DNA of 64,000 bases from Octopus bimaculoides (taxonomy: Eukaryota), in assembly GCF_001194135.2 (NCBI RefSeq), contig NC_069006.1, positions 12,279,354 to 12,343,353 on the forward strand, given 5' to 3'. Position numbers and translations under genes: made by a program. The notes under the pieces were generated by a model. That model saw only the letters and a list, made by a program, of their open reading frames with translations, was not told where the DNA came from and did no database searches. Below are positions 1 through 13,253 of this stretch, one piece after another. The number at the start of each line of letters is the position of its first letter. The first letter of the stretch is position 1.

Positions 1-1052
1 CTACTCAGCTGAACAACAATAATAACTTTAATGAAGTCTTTCTACTCTCTCCACACCGCTAACTGTATTTTTCACTGGACCTACTTATATTATAAATTGT
101 TATCTCACTAAGGTAACCCCTATATTATGGGTTTACATAAACAAAGACTGAATCACTGCACATATACAAAAATCTTACACCACACCCTCACTATATACAA
201 CTCGACCCCTTCCTGTGCTGCCTCCTCTACACACAACTAGACCCCTGCTTGTCACATCCTCTCTACACAAAACTACAAACCGTTAGGGTTAGGTTACAAA
301 TGCTACATGCACCTCACAACATCTAATCATATCTTATGTTACTCTCTCAGCTTGTAAAACCTCAGGCATACAAATAATCTATGCCTCCTTTGCACCAGCT
401 AGTTACATGTGCTCAGTCTTACTGCCCCATACAAAACACTTCACCCAACCTTCTTCTTCACAGTTTGGTCCCTCTGGAATTTCCTTATTACCCAGGTTTT
501 TTCCTGCAGACATTGACCTACAGACATCATCAGAATGTCTGTAGGTCAATGAAAGCCTGTAAAGGTCACTGATACCTCCACCCCCTAATTGATATTAACC
601 TTTCAATCAATAATACACCACCACTGCTACTACAGTCAGCCTCCCTACTATATCCTGTTTGAATGGTTTAGGAGGAACCATTCAATTGTAAAACTTCTAT
701 CAAACAGTTTAGGCTGCAATATCAAGTGTTTCAAGAATCTATTAACCTTTCCTTCATAAGAACGGAAAAATGTCAAAAGTTTTAATGAGAGTGAAAAATT
801 TACATTACACAGGTAAGTTAGATTACAACAGATATTGTATATATNNNNNNNNNNNNNNNNNNNNNNNNNNNNNNNNNNNNNNNNNNNNNNNNNNNNNNNN
901 NNNNNNNNNNNNNNNNNNNNNNNNNNNNNNNNNNNNNNNNNNNNNNNNNNNNNNNNNNNNNNNNNNNNNNNNNNNNNNNNNNNNNNNNNNNNNNNNNNNN
1001 NNNNNNNNNNNNNNNNNNNNNNNNNNNNNNNNNNNNNNNNNNNNNNNNNNNN

Positions 1053-1091
<39 letters not shown>

Positions 1092-1137
1092 TACACAGCT
1101 TATATTAAAATAGATATTGAATAAATATATATATATA

Positions 1138-1172
<35 letters not shown>

Positions 1173-1173
1173 A

Positions 1174-1491
1174 GACCTCCTTCAGTTATGAATGACCATG
1201 GGATTGCACCTAGAAAGTTGTCCTTCAAGGCACAAATTGGGGCAGGTTGTTTATGGAAGACCGGCAGTCACCCATGCATACCAGCCTCCCCTCTTCGTGA
1301 CACTGATGTTATCTAAGAGAAAGGCAAATACAGCTTGGTACCAGTGATGTTGCAACTCATTTCTACAGCTGATTGAACTGGAGCAATGTGGAATAAAGTG
1401 TCTTGCTCAAGAACGCCACACACATCCTGGTCCAGGAATTGAACTCACTACTTCGTGACTGCGAGCCTGACGCTCTAACTACTGAGCCATA
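1174..1491 (-). mobile_element. tRNA-derived SINE (second family)
   Basis: Minus strand begins tatggctcagtagttagagcg (A box) and gagttcaattcc (B box), then ttgagcaagacactt (CORE-like). Confidence 0.75.
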
Positions 1492-1500
1492 TGTGTGTGT

Positions 1501-1660
1501 GCAGGAGTGGCTGTGTGGTAGGTAGTTTGTTTACCAACCACATGGTCCCGGGTTCAGTCCCACTGCATGGCACCTTGGGCAAGTGTCTTCTACTATAGCC
1601 TCAGGCCAACCAAGGCCTTCTGAGTGGATTTGGTAGACAGAAACTGAAAGAAGCCCATCG

Positions 1661-1691
<31 letters not shown>

Positions 1692-2058
1692 ATGATTGTG
1701 TGTTTGTCCCCCCCCCCCCCNNNNNNNNNNNNNNNNNNNNNNNNNNNNNNNNNNNNNNNNNNNNNNNNNNNNNNNNNNNNNNNNNNNNNNNNNNNNNNNN
1801 NNNNNNNNNNNNNNNNNNNNNNNNNNNNNNNNNNNNNNNNNNNNNNNNNNNNNNNNNNNNNNNNNNNNNNNNNNNNNNNNNNNNNNNNNTGACAACCGAT
1901 GTTGGTGTGTTTATGTCCCTGTAACTTAGTGGTTCGGCAAAAGAGACCAATAGAATAAGTACTAGGTTTACAAAAAATAAGTCCTGGGGTCAATTTGTTT
2001 GACTAAAGGCATTGCTCCAGCATGGCTGCAGTCAAATGACTGAAACAAATAAAAGAAT
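1501..2058 (+). mobile_element. tRNA/CORE-type SINE with internal (TA)n(TG)n; further + copies near 12535-12905, 18580-18935, 19708-19778 (fragment), 31600-31995, 42090-42500, 48790-49130, 54380-54700, 56805-57150, 57615-58050
   Basis: A box tggctgtgtgg, B box ggttcagtccc, CORE-like caccttgggcaagtgtcttctactatagcc; many dispersed copies in the window. Resembles described octopus tRNA-derived SINEs (from recall). Confidence 0.88.
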
Positions 2059-2744
2059 ACACACACACAGAGTTTTTAAGAAACATTATGGAATCTCACA
2101 ATTCTGACCTTCAATCTTATAATTTGCAGAAGTGTATATCAACTTGAATGAGGACCCACAATAATTACTGGTATATATTTTATCAACCTAGTATGAAAAT
2201 TAGTGTGAAGTTAGAACTGAACACAATGTATATGTTGTAATACAACAGAAACACTCTACATTTACACCACCACTCACTAAATCTCCCTCAGCATGTGTCT
2301 ACTTTCTTGACAAACTCAATGCCTTTTTCACTTTCAGTTTGTTGTTTAATCCAAGGCAAGTCTTGATCTGTCACACCTTAAACATTCCACTTGTGACCAC
2401 TTTGTTTCTTATTCAAATATAGTGGGTCTAAGGATACATTATTTAATGAGTCTTATGTTTTTGAAACAATTGGCTTATGACCTGAGGGATATTCAGCAGT
2501 TACTTTAAGCAGGTTGAATCATCATCATCATCATCATCATTTAACGTCCGCTTTCCATGCTAGCATGGGTTGGACGATTTGACTGAGGTAAAATCCCCAT
2601 GTTAATTTATTCTTATTGTCAGGTTAATTGCCTTGAAACAAATAAATCTACATAAAGACATACTTTTTAATCAAGTCAGCTGAATGACTTGCTGCAGAAA
2701 GACAAACTGTAAGTATATTATATACTATATTACAGATATATATA

Positions 2745-3206
2745 ATTGTTGAGGCAAGTGAAATTGAAATCGAGTTAAATTCGACGACTGGCACCCATGC
2801 CAATGTCGTCTCCTTCATTGGACACGAAACTCAGCTTGCGAAGACTTATTGGGGCAAGCGAAAGCGAAATTGTGATGGCACCTGTCCCCAGCGTCGCCTT
2901 TCTGGCACTTGTGTAAGGACTTTCAAGCGAGATTGTTGCCAGTGCCCCTGGACTGGCTTTTGTGCGGGTGGCACATAAAATACACCATTTTGAGTGTGGC
3001 CGTTGCCAGTACCAGCTGACTGGCCTTCGTGCTGGTGGCACGTAAAAGTACCCACTACACTCTCTGAGTGGTTGGCGTTAGGAAGGGCATCCAGCTGTAG
3101 AAACTCTGCCAAATCAGATTGGAGTAGCCATCTGGTTTCATCAGTCAAATCGTCCAACCCATGCTAGCATGGAAAGCGGACGTTAAACGACGATGCGGAT
3201 GATGAT
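2745..3206 (+). mobile_element. RTE-type 3' UTR/tail fragment, CpG-rich (apparently young)
   Basis: Same terminal sequence as the RTE copies (ggaagggcatccagctgtagaaactctgcc...cccatgctagcatggaaagcggacgttaaa) followed by a (GAT)-like tail. Confidence 0.75.
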
Positions 3207-3845
3207 TTTATATTCACTTGCCATGCTAGAATGGTCATCATGTTCTGAGTTTCTACTGGAGTCCACTGCTCTCAATATGGTTCAAGATCAAGTGTAGTTT
3301 GTAAGTTTCATTTTTGGTTTGGTTTCTACAGCTGGATTCCCTTCCTATCACCAAACACTTAACAGAATGTACTGGATGCATTTTATGACAGCACCAGCAC
3401 TTTAGATATTGTAATGTCCTTGGCAAAACAAGACGCAAGGATCCTCTTGATCCCTCTGCTTTTTCCACCCATTCCCATATTACTTTATAGAGTAATATTG
3501 GATGTCTTTTATTGTGGTACCTGCATGAGAGGGTTGCTTTGTACAGTGTAAATGTAAAGAGTACTGGCTACTTTAAGACATGTACATTCACTCAAGATAA
3601 TGCAACTGAAATAGTGAATAGGAAATAGAGATTATTGACAGAGGTAAAGTCAAGATGGGTAAATAAGACAACGAGAGCAAGAAGGGGCTAGAGAATGAGG
3701 GGTAGTATATACTGCACTACAGAATATATGTATAAATATTTTAGTCATTGTTATAAGTTTAGACAGATATAATCACTTTGTCTATATATACATTTAAGAA
3801 CAGAAGTAATTTAAAACTGTAAGAGTATAGGAAATGACAACTTAC

Positions 3846-3964
3846 CTTTGCTTTACTGTCTCCTTTGAAAGTCTCCTGTACAAACATTGCACCTAAGGCA
3901 TAACCTAGTACTGAATCAGTATCCATAACACAGTACTGCCACATATCAATATTTCCTTTCGTAC
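3846..3964 (-). CDS. ECE1: ECE/neprilysin exon (G)TKGNIDMWQYCVMDTDSVLGYALGAMFVQETFKGDSKAK
   Basis: ttattccatgcag|GT...AAG|gtaagt; 119 nt, phase 1-0; matches ECE1 [32 protein letters not shown]. No further exon recognised between 3845 and 1. Confidence 0.95.
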
Positions 3965-5462
3965 CTGCATGGAATAATGATACATTTAATACACACACAC
4001 ATAACACATACACTCAACATCAGTTGTTAAAATTTATGCCGAAAGAGTGTTACGGTCTTGGCAGAATCATTACAGCTTTGAACAAAAGTGTTTGAACAAA
4101 TATTTTATTACAGCTCTTTTACATTCTGACTTGGAATCCTGCTATGGTGAACTTATTTTGCCTTTCAGCCTTCCTCTAATCTGAGAGGCCTTGCATCTAT
4201 GTTACATTGGAAGAGGGCAGTAGAATCAGTGTAGCAACAGCAAATATGATGTTTCAAGTATTTACTATATTTAATAGCATAAAAGACACATAGCCACATT
4301 AGACATGCTCAGTTTCAGCAGTGCATATTCAAAGTAAAAGTTTTCAGTGCCATAAAGCATATAATGTAGGGCAAAATTCACATATAGGACCTGGGGTGAA
4401 TTGGTGGTGGGGATGTGTTTCATATATGCCATCAAATATGGTACTTAAATTTTGAATTTCAGCTGCACCAGTTATATATTGATATTGATCAAATATCTGA
4501 TCGATTCTGTCAAGATAGAAATGCAGCCATGTTAATTCCACAAATATTACTGCTACTATTCTAGGGAGAGGTATTTTTGTCACAACATGCCACTCTCACT
4601 GCTTCATATCTCCTCTAAAACATGGGGTTCTCTCAGTATCTGGCACTAATATATGACTTAACAGGTCCTTATTTTACTAATCCTGGAAAGATGAATGTTT
4701 AACTCGGGTGGGAATTGAACTGAAAACATAAAGGAACTTAACTAAACACTGCCATATATGTTTACTGTTCTACTGATTCTGATAATCCTTCTACTTCAAC
4801 ATTAATTAATGCTTACTTTATGAGTTTTAGTTTCCCATCAAAACAAACTTTATACAATTGATGAAGCAAAATGAATTGGTGAATAATAATGATTTCAAAT
4901 TTTAGGACAAGGCCACAAATTTCAGAGGAGGGGCAAGTTGATTACATTTACCATAGTACTCAACTGGTACTTATTTTATTGACCCCCAAAAGGATGAAAG
5001 GCAAAGACAACATCAGTGGAATTTGAACTTGGAATATGAGCATAGACAAAATGCCGCTAAGCATTTTGCCTGGGGTGCTAATGATTTTGCCAGCTTGCCA
5101 CCTTAATGATAATAATTATAACAAAACATGAAAATATATTTAAAATGTATTTAACCTCGTTTGGATTTATGTTAGTTAGGGTTCATCTGCAATGAATAAA
5201 CTAGAAAGGTCATTCAGTGATTCAAAATTAGTGTAGTGATCAGTAGTTAGTTAAGTAGGTATTTAATTATTTATTTTCATTTTTATCACCTGTAGTCCAA
5301 GATTCACTAAGTCTGATTACAAGACAAGTATAATTGGAATATCATTGGTTATAGATCTGTTGGAGGACTGTTTTAGGGCTGAACAACAACAAAACACAGC
5401 ATGTGTAATATTTTCAAATAAATACATGACCACCACCATTTAGTAGCTGCCATAGTCCTTAC

Positions 5463-5566
5463 CTGACACACTTTTAGTGAGAATATCCCTGGCATCACGG
5501 AATGGTGTAGAAAGATAATTTGTTAACGTGCGTACAACACGCCATATTAAGTAATTATTCAGGATT
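5463..5566 (-). CDS. ECE1: ECE/neprilysin exon (R)ILNNYLIWRVVRTLTNYLSTPFRDARDILTKSVS(G)
   Basis: ttatttctcag|A ATC...TCAG|gtaagg; 104 nt, phase 2-1; M13 motif LNNYxIW. Confidence 0.95.
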
Positions 5567-5689
5567 CTGAGAAATAATAAACACATTAAGTACTGTATAG
5601 TTATAATAATAATAGTTTTATATATAACAATAGTTTTAATGTATGTCCTGGTAACAAACTGTCCTGTTGATATGTAGTAAGTTGTAGGA

Positions 5690-5856
5690 TGTAACTGGAG
5701 TGTAGGATGATGTGTGAACGGTGTAACTGGGATGACAGTGTAATGTGTATTGAGTGTAGCTGATGTGGCAGAATGCTAAGTGTAATGTAACTGGAGTGAC
5801 TGCATGGTGTGTGTTGAGTGTAGGTGGGGTGACTGCATGCTGTGCGTTGAGTGTAA
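5690..5856. repeat. Degenerate minisatellite, unit about 33 bp
   Basis: gtaactggagtgactgcatggtgtgtgttgagt / gtaggtggggtgactgcatgctgtgcgttgagt / gtaactgggatgacagtgtaatgtgtattgagt. Confidence 0.75.
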
Positions 5857-6698
5857 CAAATGAATCATCAAAAGCTTTATACCAGCGTTTCACAACCTAT
5901 TTCCCCCCCAGGCCCCACTATAACTTTCCACAAAAATGTATGCCTCACCAGTGGTTGGAAAAAAAATTTTATTTTTAATATTTTATCACAATTATTTAAT
6001 ACAAAAGCATCTACCAGTAACTCTTTTATTAAGTACTAGGTACAAAAAAGTATCATTATTGACTAAGAAAGAAAAAAACATAAAACACTTTAAATGAGAA
6101 CTTTGTGCCTGGTGAGTACAGCAGATTTCCTTGATTCAAGGAGACAATTTTGTTAGCTTCAGCTGTAGCATCAAAATAGCACTATACTGTAGCAAATAGT
6201 CTTTACACAGTATGTTTGGCTGGAGGGACCGGTTTAGTTGGGCGGAGTATAAGTGTTGGTACCATGATAAAATGCACTCCATATACTCTGTAAAGTGGTT
6301 GGCTATATGAAGAGCATTCAGCCACAGAAGCCAAGCTAAATTAAACAAGCACCTAGTCTTTGAGAGCTGTAGCTTCCAGTTAGGTGACTTAAACTGTAAT
6401 GACCTATACAACCTATGCCAATATGAAAAGCTAATGTAATATGATGATAATGCTGGTAGTGGTGGTGGAGCTGACTGATATCAAGCTGTTTCCACTCAAT
6501 CATATCCAAACATTCGTTTCTCCCCTTTTATCACCCCTATTATGCTGTCCACACATAGGCCCAGCACTATTCAGTTGTCTGGTCCTTTCTCTCCTGAATA
6601 TCATAACTAAAATGTGTAGAATTAAATGACAACAGTGAAAATTATTAGAGAGGGATAAAAGCATAGCAGGAAGTAACTGAAATATCAACTGTCCCTAC

Positions 6699-6847
6699 CT
6701 TTTACTGTTGGTATCATTTAGCATGTTTTCAAGCAGATGATGCAGCTTACTGAGGAACTCTGGAGCAAAGACGACCACCTCTTCTGAACTGTCAATGGTG
6801 ATGTTGACCACAGAGAAACGCTCATTTAGGTACCTCTGCCAATTGAT
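6699..6847 (-). CDS. ECE1: ECE/neprilysin exon INWQRYLNERFSVVNITIDSSEEVVVFAPEFLSKLHHLLENMLNDTNSK(R)
   Basis: ctttgaatag|ATC...AAAG|gtaggg; 149 nt, phase 0-2; matches ECE1 INWLPFLN...EPIVVYDKEYL. Confidence 0.94.
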
Positions 6848-7744
6848 CTATTCAAAGCAGATAAAATTTGATATTTAATACAACAGTTTTAATAGCAACA
6901 GTAGTGTGTGTATATAATTTTAAAAAATAATAATAAACTAAGGGAAATGAATGATGTGGGTTGACATGAATTTAGATAAATATGTTAGGGGATTATATAC
7001 TAAATGATTTACACAGAAAATTTTGTGCTTATCTAGTGGCAATAATTTTAAGAAATTAAATAATCTCAAAATTAATTTACTAGCTTAAGGGAAAATATGA
7101 TTCATATTTGCAGGCAAGGAGCGTAACTGTGGATATATTTCAGTATTATCAAATTTCAACAACATAGTTATAATGCACTCAAGACTGCTTTCATCAGTAA
7201 ACAAATTTTTACAAAATAGACAAAAAGTTACCACAATTTTGTACAATTAACAAATAGCCCAAGGTCTGTCTTCTTTTCTTTCTTCTATTAAGAAGGGAAT
7301 TTCAATTGACAATATTTTACATCTTTGAAAACATTACCTCTGAACATATATATAACAATAATATGAAGTGGATGAACAGAAATAAAGTCAAGGCATCAAT
7401 TCTTTAAACAGTATCTATTATTTAAAAGATAAAAATCAGACACAACAGTCTGACAAAGGGTTAATATTTTGCTCGTATTAATCAGTCAATTTCTATGTCT
7501 AATCAAAAAGAATTAGTGACAGTTCTTCGACAGTTTAGTTGTTTATTGAAAATTTCCTTATTGATAATAATAAGTCTGGTTTTGAATTTTGGGCATAGAT
7601 TTACTATATGTATGTGCCTTTTTTAATTATATAAAAAATATTTCCTATAAAGGTTTGGTTTTGTTTTAAGAAACAAAGCTTAGTTGCTGGAATTTAGATA
7701 ACAACAGTACAAAGTTCTCTATTGAATTTTAGAAAATATATGTG

Positions 7745-8230
7745 TGTGTGTATGAAAGGTAAGATTGTAGGATGCTTGTGTGAAGTGCAATTTTCTATGA
7801 GAGCAAAATGTGAACCTTGAGGATATTTGCAAAGGCTGGATAGAAATGACACGAACATACTCTGCTGAATGTGTAATGAGTGGAGTGAAAGAGTGGATAA
7901 AAGGTGAACTCAGATGTGGTGTGCATGAGAGTAGACTCTGCTGGTATATACACATGATGTGTATAGAGAATGACAGTTCTGTTGAAGAAATTGTAGTGAA
8001 GGATGAGATGACAAGTAACCAAATGCTGACAGGGGTGTGGGGAAGAGCTTTTGTGAATATACAGTTATTAAGAATTGTGAGCATGGAAAAGTATGGAGAT
8101 AAATTGAGAACAGAAATCATTGAATGAATGGATGGAATGGTGACAGAAATGAAAACACACAAAGACATCACACGTACAAATAGAGATCTAGATCATTGCT
8201 GGCTTTGTAACAGGACAATCTGGGAAAATT
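7745..8230 (+). mobile_element. RTE LINE C-terminal fragment
   Basis: Degenerate RLxDACVxSAILY and LRCGVHESRLCWYIHMMCI (compare RRLRWYGHVMRM). Confidence 0.65.
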
Positions 8231-10159
8231 TTGTATGTCTTGAATTTTGTTTGAATGCTTTGACAAGTTTTACTGATTAGCAGTTGAGTGATGGGATTTT
8301 TGCAAAAAAAAAAAAAAAAAAAAAAAAGAATAGGGGAAGCCTGCTAGACATGTTTGTGGAATACTCAGCCACTTACATAACAAATACAGTGAGCAGGTAT
8401 TTCAGTTGATCTAAGTTCCCATTGTCAAAACAAATGGATATCCATCAGCTTTTACTTTCTCTCTCTCTCTCTCTCTCCCACTCCCTATCTACGTGCACAC
8501 ACACATGCATACATGGATATAGACACATATGGACATGTACATTTATAATATTATGTCATAATATGTCATTGTATTTAAATGTGTATAGCAAACAAAAGTA
8601 AGGATTAGTCAATACTTGTGCTAAAAGTAACATTTTTTTTTTTATTTCTATTAACGCTGAATATTTTCTCATGTCCATTATTTAGTTATAAAAGACTTCA
8701 TTTTATTCAAACAATGAGTAAATATCTGACTGCTTGAAGTATAAGTTGTGGTCACAATGGGTCAATAACTCAATTTTGATAGCATGTTTATGCACATACA
8801 ACAGGTTGGGTGCAATTTTGCTGTTTCTATGAAGTCAAGCCACCACAGTGATGTTCCCCCATGATACAACTGTTTTATTTGAATCAAAGTGCCTGGTTGC
8901 TTTGTTAGAGACAGTTGCAAATAATGATATCTGTGAGACTGCCTTTTTATTTGCTGTCAGTTGCACACATATCTCAATAGTGTAGCATCAAAAGCTTCTG
9001 CTCTCACCGCACAATGTTTTGCAATTGATCCTGAGAAGAATCTGATGTAATTAATTAATGAATATCTATTGTTGCCAGAAAATATGCACAATAATACTCC
9101 TATTGTTTGTAACAATGTGTACGTCAGTATTATTATGGTAACAACTTTATAGCTTTAATTAGTTGTCATTTAATCACATGATTAATAATTAATACCATTA
9201 GCCTACTTTCTTTTCTCTTGTCCAGCCAACCTACCCACAGCATGTCCACTATCCCAGCCCACCCAACTAAATCTGTCCAGTTGTTTCTTCTGAGGACTGC
9301 GAACCCACATTTTTTTCCCCCCCAGCAATCAATTATTACAAATGTTCAGAATTGAACATCAACTTCATCAATCTTGCCAATCTTGGAAAGGCTTGATGTT
9401 GACATCCTCCTCCATTGACTAATATAAACAAAAATATAGGATTCCAACTTCAACACGAGCAAGAAATTCTTTAGACAAACAAATCTTAATTGGAGATTAT
9501 TGACAATAAAAACACCAACCATAAATTGTTGGTTTATTTATGTTAGTGGTGGTTGAGTAACCTTAGAAATAAATCACTGGGGAGAGAGGCTACCACTGAA
9601 CATCATCTTATAACATGTACCTAGTAAGACCACTGCACACCACAGATGACCATAACCCAATTTCACTGGTTGATTTCCTTTTGGAATGTATTCAGACTGC
9701 TTTGATGAAAAAAACCCACCTGAAGGACATAAACAACAGCGATATGGAGCAGGCAAACGTATTAGATCGTATGTTTGTACCATTTTGTAGAGTGTAAATG
9801 GATTGATAGTATAGTGTGTAGCATGTAGTAGAGTATAGCTGGGGCAATACTATGATGTGTAGCATGTTAGGTTAGGGTTCACTTGGGTTTGAACTTTACC
9901 AGAGGAAGCTTCAGAATGACTGATCAACCTACTAGTAATAGCAGCCAAATCTTCTTCAAATAACAACTTAATGTCTTTAAAAAGGAAAAATTGGATAATG
10001 TCCTCTTAGAAATATCTTGCCTAAATAAAAGATGAGATGATCCTCTGTTTTGATTTAGAGCTAAATAACATCATCTGTTAATCTAGTGCTAGACTTTCAT
10101 TTAACTGTGACTAAGGCCTCCCAAGCTAATTGTTCTTTATTTTAAAGCTTTGATAATGA

Positions 10160-10880
10160 GTGGTGAAAAAATTGCAATTGAATCCATTTTATGCTGCCTG
10201 TGTTGAAAAACGACTGAGTGCAAGGGCAGTAACAAAAGAAATTAATGATGTGGAACAAATGTGTGGCCCAAAACTGGTTCAGACATTTCAAGGAAGGTGA
10301 CATCAGCCTTCAGAACAAACCAAGGTGAGGGAGACCTGTTATGGAGATGACAGCCAAGAGAAATCAGTGACTTTATTTCAGCCAACCTTCAAAACCTGTT
10401 GTCAAACAAGTATGGTTTGAACTAAAGGTCTTGTTGTGTGTTTGGTGGAACTCTGATGGGGTGTTGCACTTTGAGATTGTCTCAAATGGTTATGTTGTAA
10501 ACACTAACCTTTATGCTCAACAACCACAGCAACTGTATGATACTTTGAAAGCCTACTACCCAGAATTGGTCAGCTGAAGACATGCATGCTTACAGCATGA
10601 CAATAGCTCATAGTGTCAATGTGACCAAACACAAGTGAGGAACTTGAGGGGCTAGAAGTGCTGTCCCACTCTGCATACAGTCCAGATCTTGCACCATCAG
10701 ATTTCCACCTTTTCTGAGCCATGGCTTATTTCCTGCATGAACAGAAGTTCAACAATGTGGATGAGGTTAAGAACAGGCACAAGACGATTTTTAGCCTCTA
10801 AACCAGCTAAATGATATAAGCCTGGAATTGAGCTTCTGGCACGATGATGGGATATATTTGGATGAATAAATACTTTTTGT
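10160..10880 (+). mobile_element. mariner (DD34D-type) transposase remnant
   Basis: Fragments VAQNWFRHFKEGDISLQNKPR, VWWNSDGVLHFE, LQHDN, HSAYSPDLAPSDFHLF (YSPDL motif); frameshifted. Confidence 0.85.
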
Positions 10881-11961
10881 ATATGCAAGAAACTCTTTAC
10901 CTTTGAGTCACTCTGTAACTTCTGCTAATTACTAATAGTAATATATATATTTATATATTTGGATGTCAATGAGGGAAAAAGTATTGAATACATGTAATGG
11001 AGTTCAAATTTGATGAGTCTTTCTGTCATTACTTTGACTTTTTTACCTCCACACATTCATTTGTGTAGCAAAAAGGAAAAGCACAGACAGATGAAAACTG
11101 AACACACACACACATACACATTTTCAGAAGTACTGTAATGAACAACCAATCTAAGTTTAATTAATGACCAATTGAATGTTTTACCTCCAAGATAATAATT
11201 ATTTATTTACCAAACAAACATAATTGCTTTACTTCTGTATCATCACCATTCTTAATTGGAAGGATAGTGAGAAAATAAACAGACCAATTCTCTGTTTAAT
11301 GTGAACATGAAAGAAAGAAAGAAAAATGTTCAACAAGAATATCTCGAAATAGCAAATGTCTGTTATTGGCTTCCAGGTGAATAGAAGAAGAAATTGCAGG
11401 TAATTTATTTTCTAATCTATTCAACTGAAAAAAATTAACTTCTCCCTGTTTTCATTATTTCTTTATAATCATTTTATTTCAATGAATGTTATACTGTATT
11501 TATCCATTTTTACAAGGAAATTTTAAACCATGACTTTGAAGTTCAGTTTTGCGACCTTCATTGGACAGTTTGTCTGATGAAAGCTATATAGTTGAAACTT
11601 GAAAGTCACTGTCAACCTTTTCTTTGTAAAAATAAAATATGTTCCCCTAGTGAGTGATCCTTAAATTTGTTTAACTGCTTTTACATATAATTATACATAA
11701 AATAAAAAATATAACATTTTATTTATCTATTTTTTTATAGCTTTTAACTCTACACCATTCCAGGACAGAGTTTTGGTGAGATATTGGTTTGCATCATATA
11801 GACCAGGAGATGATCATGAGTAGGTGATGAGTGGGTAATAATATGGGTGCTCATAGCTATTGGAGGTATCTTCTTCCTGTAGCCACTATTTCCACTCACT
11901 GCTCTGTGAGTTTCATTCTTCTAACAATCAACCCCCACCCCACTGCAAAGCCATTTCAACA

Positions 11962-12168
11962 AGAGACAACACTATACAGTTCCTACTCTATTTGTATGCC
12001 TGATATATTTTTCATTAAATTGGTACCATACATAGGTGCAACTCACTGTTAGCCTCAGATATCCACCTGTCCACGAGTATATCCGAAAGAGTTAAAGGCT
12101 CTGCCCACATTTGCCTCCGGCAATGTCACAGATAACATATTAACATGTCATAAATTCTATGTTACCTC
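11962..12168 (+). repeat. About 207-bp direct repeat, copy 1 (copy 2 at 13254-13463)
   Basis: agagacaacactatacagtt...cataaattct..gttacctc occurs twice, roughly 90% identical. Confidence 0.93.
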
Positions 12169-13013
12169 CGTGGTTCACTATTTATTGAACATCATTGACT
12201 GTATTTATCAGCAAATTATTTTGAAAATCTGTTGAAGGAATTGAACTCAAGATGTTTGAAACCATTGATATAGCACATTAACCATCCAGCCACCAGAAAT
12301 AACAAAATTAATGAAGGAGATTCTATGGGATTGCTCAACCTGCTTGGAATAGTAGGCAAATATACCTCAAATCACATCCTGCTCTTCTAAATAATCAAAT
12401 AACCCATTGTATGATGTGGATATAAATATATAAAACATGGGATGGTGACAGCTGATCAAGACTGACTTATAGATAAACAGAAACAACAGACAGATGAACT
12501 GTCACAAAACCATTAAGACATAACACATTAAAGGTGCAGACATAGCTGTGTGGTTAAGAAACTCACTTTGCAACCATTTAGTTTCAGATTCAGTCCCACT
12601 GTGGCAGTGTCTCCTACTATAGCCCTGGGTCAACCAACATCTTATGAGTGAATTTGATTGAGAGAAACTGCAGAACACCGTCATATGTAGGTAAATGTGT
12701 GTATATGTGTGTGTGTGCCACCCATCATTGCTTGACAGACAGTGTTGTTTTGTTTAAATTCCCTGTAACTTAGAGGTTCAGTAAAAGAAACCAACAGAAT
12801 AATTACCACACTCTAAAACAATGAATTACTGGAGTCAGTTTGTTGAACTAAAAACCTTCGAAGCAGTGCCCCAGCATGACCACAGTTCAATGATTGAAAC
12901 AAAAGATAAAAGAAGAAAGATTAAAGAGTGAGTATTTAGTGTTGAGGAGTTTAATACTGAGTGCTGAGTATTCAGTGTTGAGTGGAAGCAATTATATGTG
13001 TAAAGTAACTTAC

Positions 13014-13100
13014 AAAGGGTGCCAAAGTTTGAAGCTCCTTCACTGTCATCTTGTGGTACTGTTTTTCCTCATCTTGACGTTCTTCTGCAGGTGTCGTTAT
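13014..13100 (-). CDS. ECE1: ECE/neprilysin exon ITTPAEERQDEEKQYHKMTVKELQTLAPF
   Basis: ccttttgtag|ATA...TTT|gtaagt; 87 nt, phase 0-0; matches ECE1 [29 protein letters not shown]. Confidence 0.95.
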
Positions 13101-13253
13101 CTACAAAAGGTATCATTAAATAAATATTAATATTTATTTAATTTTATATTTATGAATATTGACAAGTCACTGGTGGTGGAATTGAGTGGGATGGCAGACA
13201 AAAAAGAACTGTCTTGTGAGACAGTTCATAGTCTAAGATGCAATATTGCCACC

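Noticed and set aside
2290-2400. DLPWIKQQTESEK, as a possible next ECE exon (compare LKWMDEET)
   Set aside because: No acceptor, poor match, and it overlaps a dispersed AAC-tailed repeat.
9574-9797. Overlapping short ORFs with a decent minus-strand acceptor
   Set aside because: An early stop in the phase needed, no strong donor and no recognisable protein.
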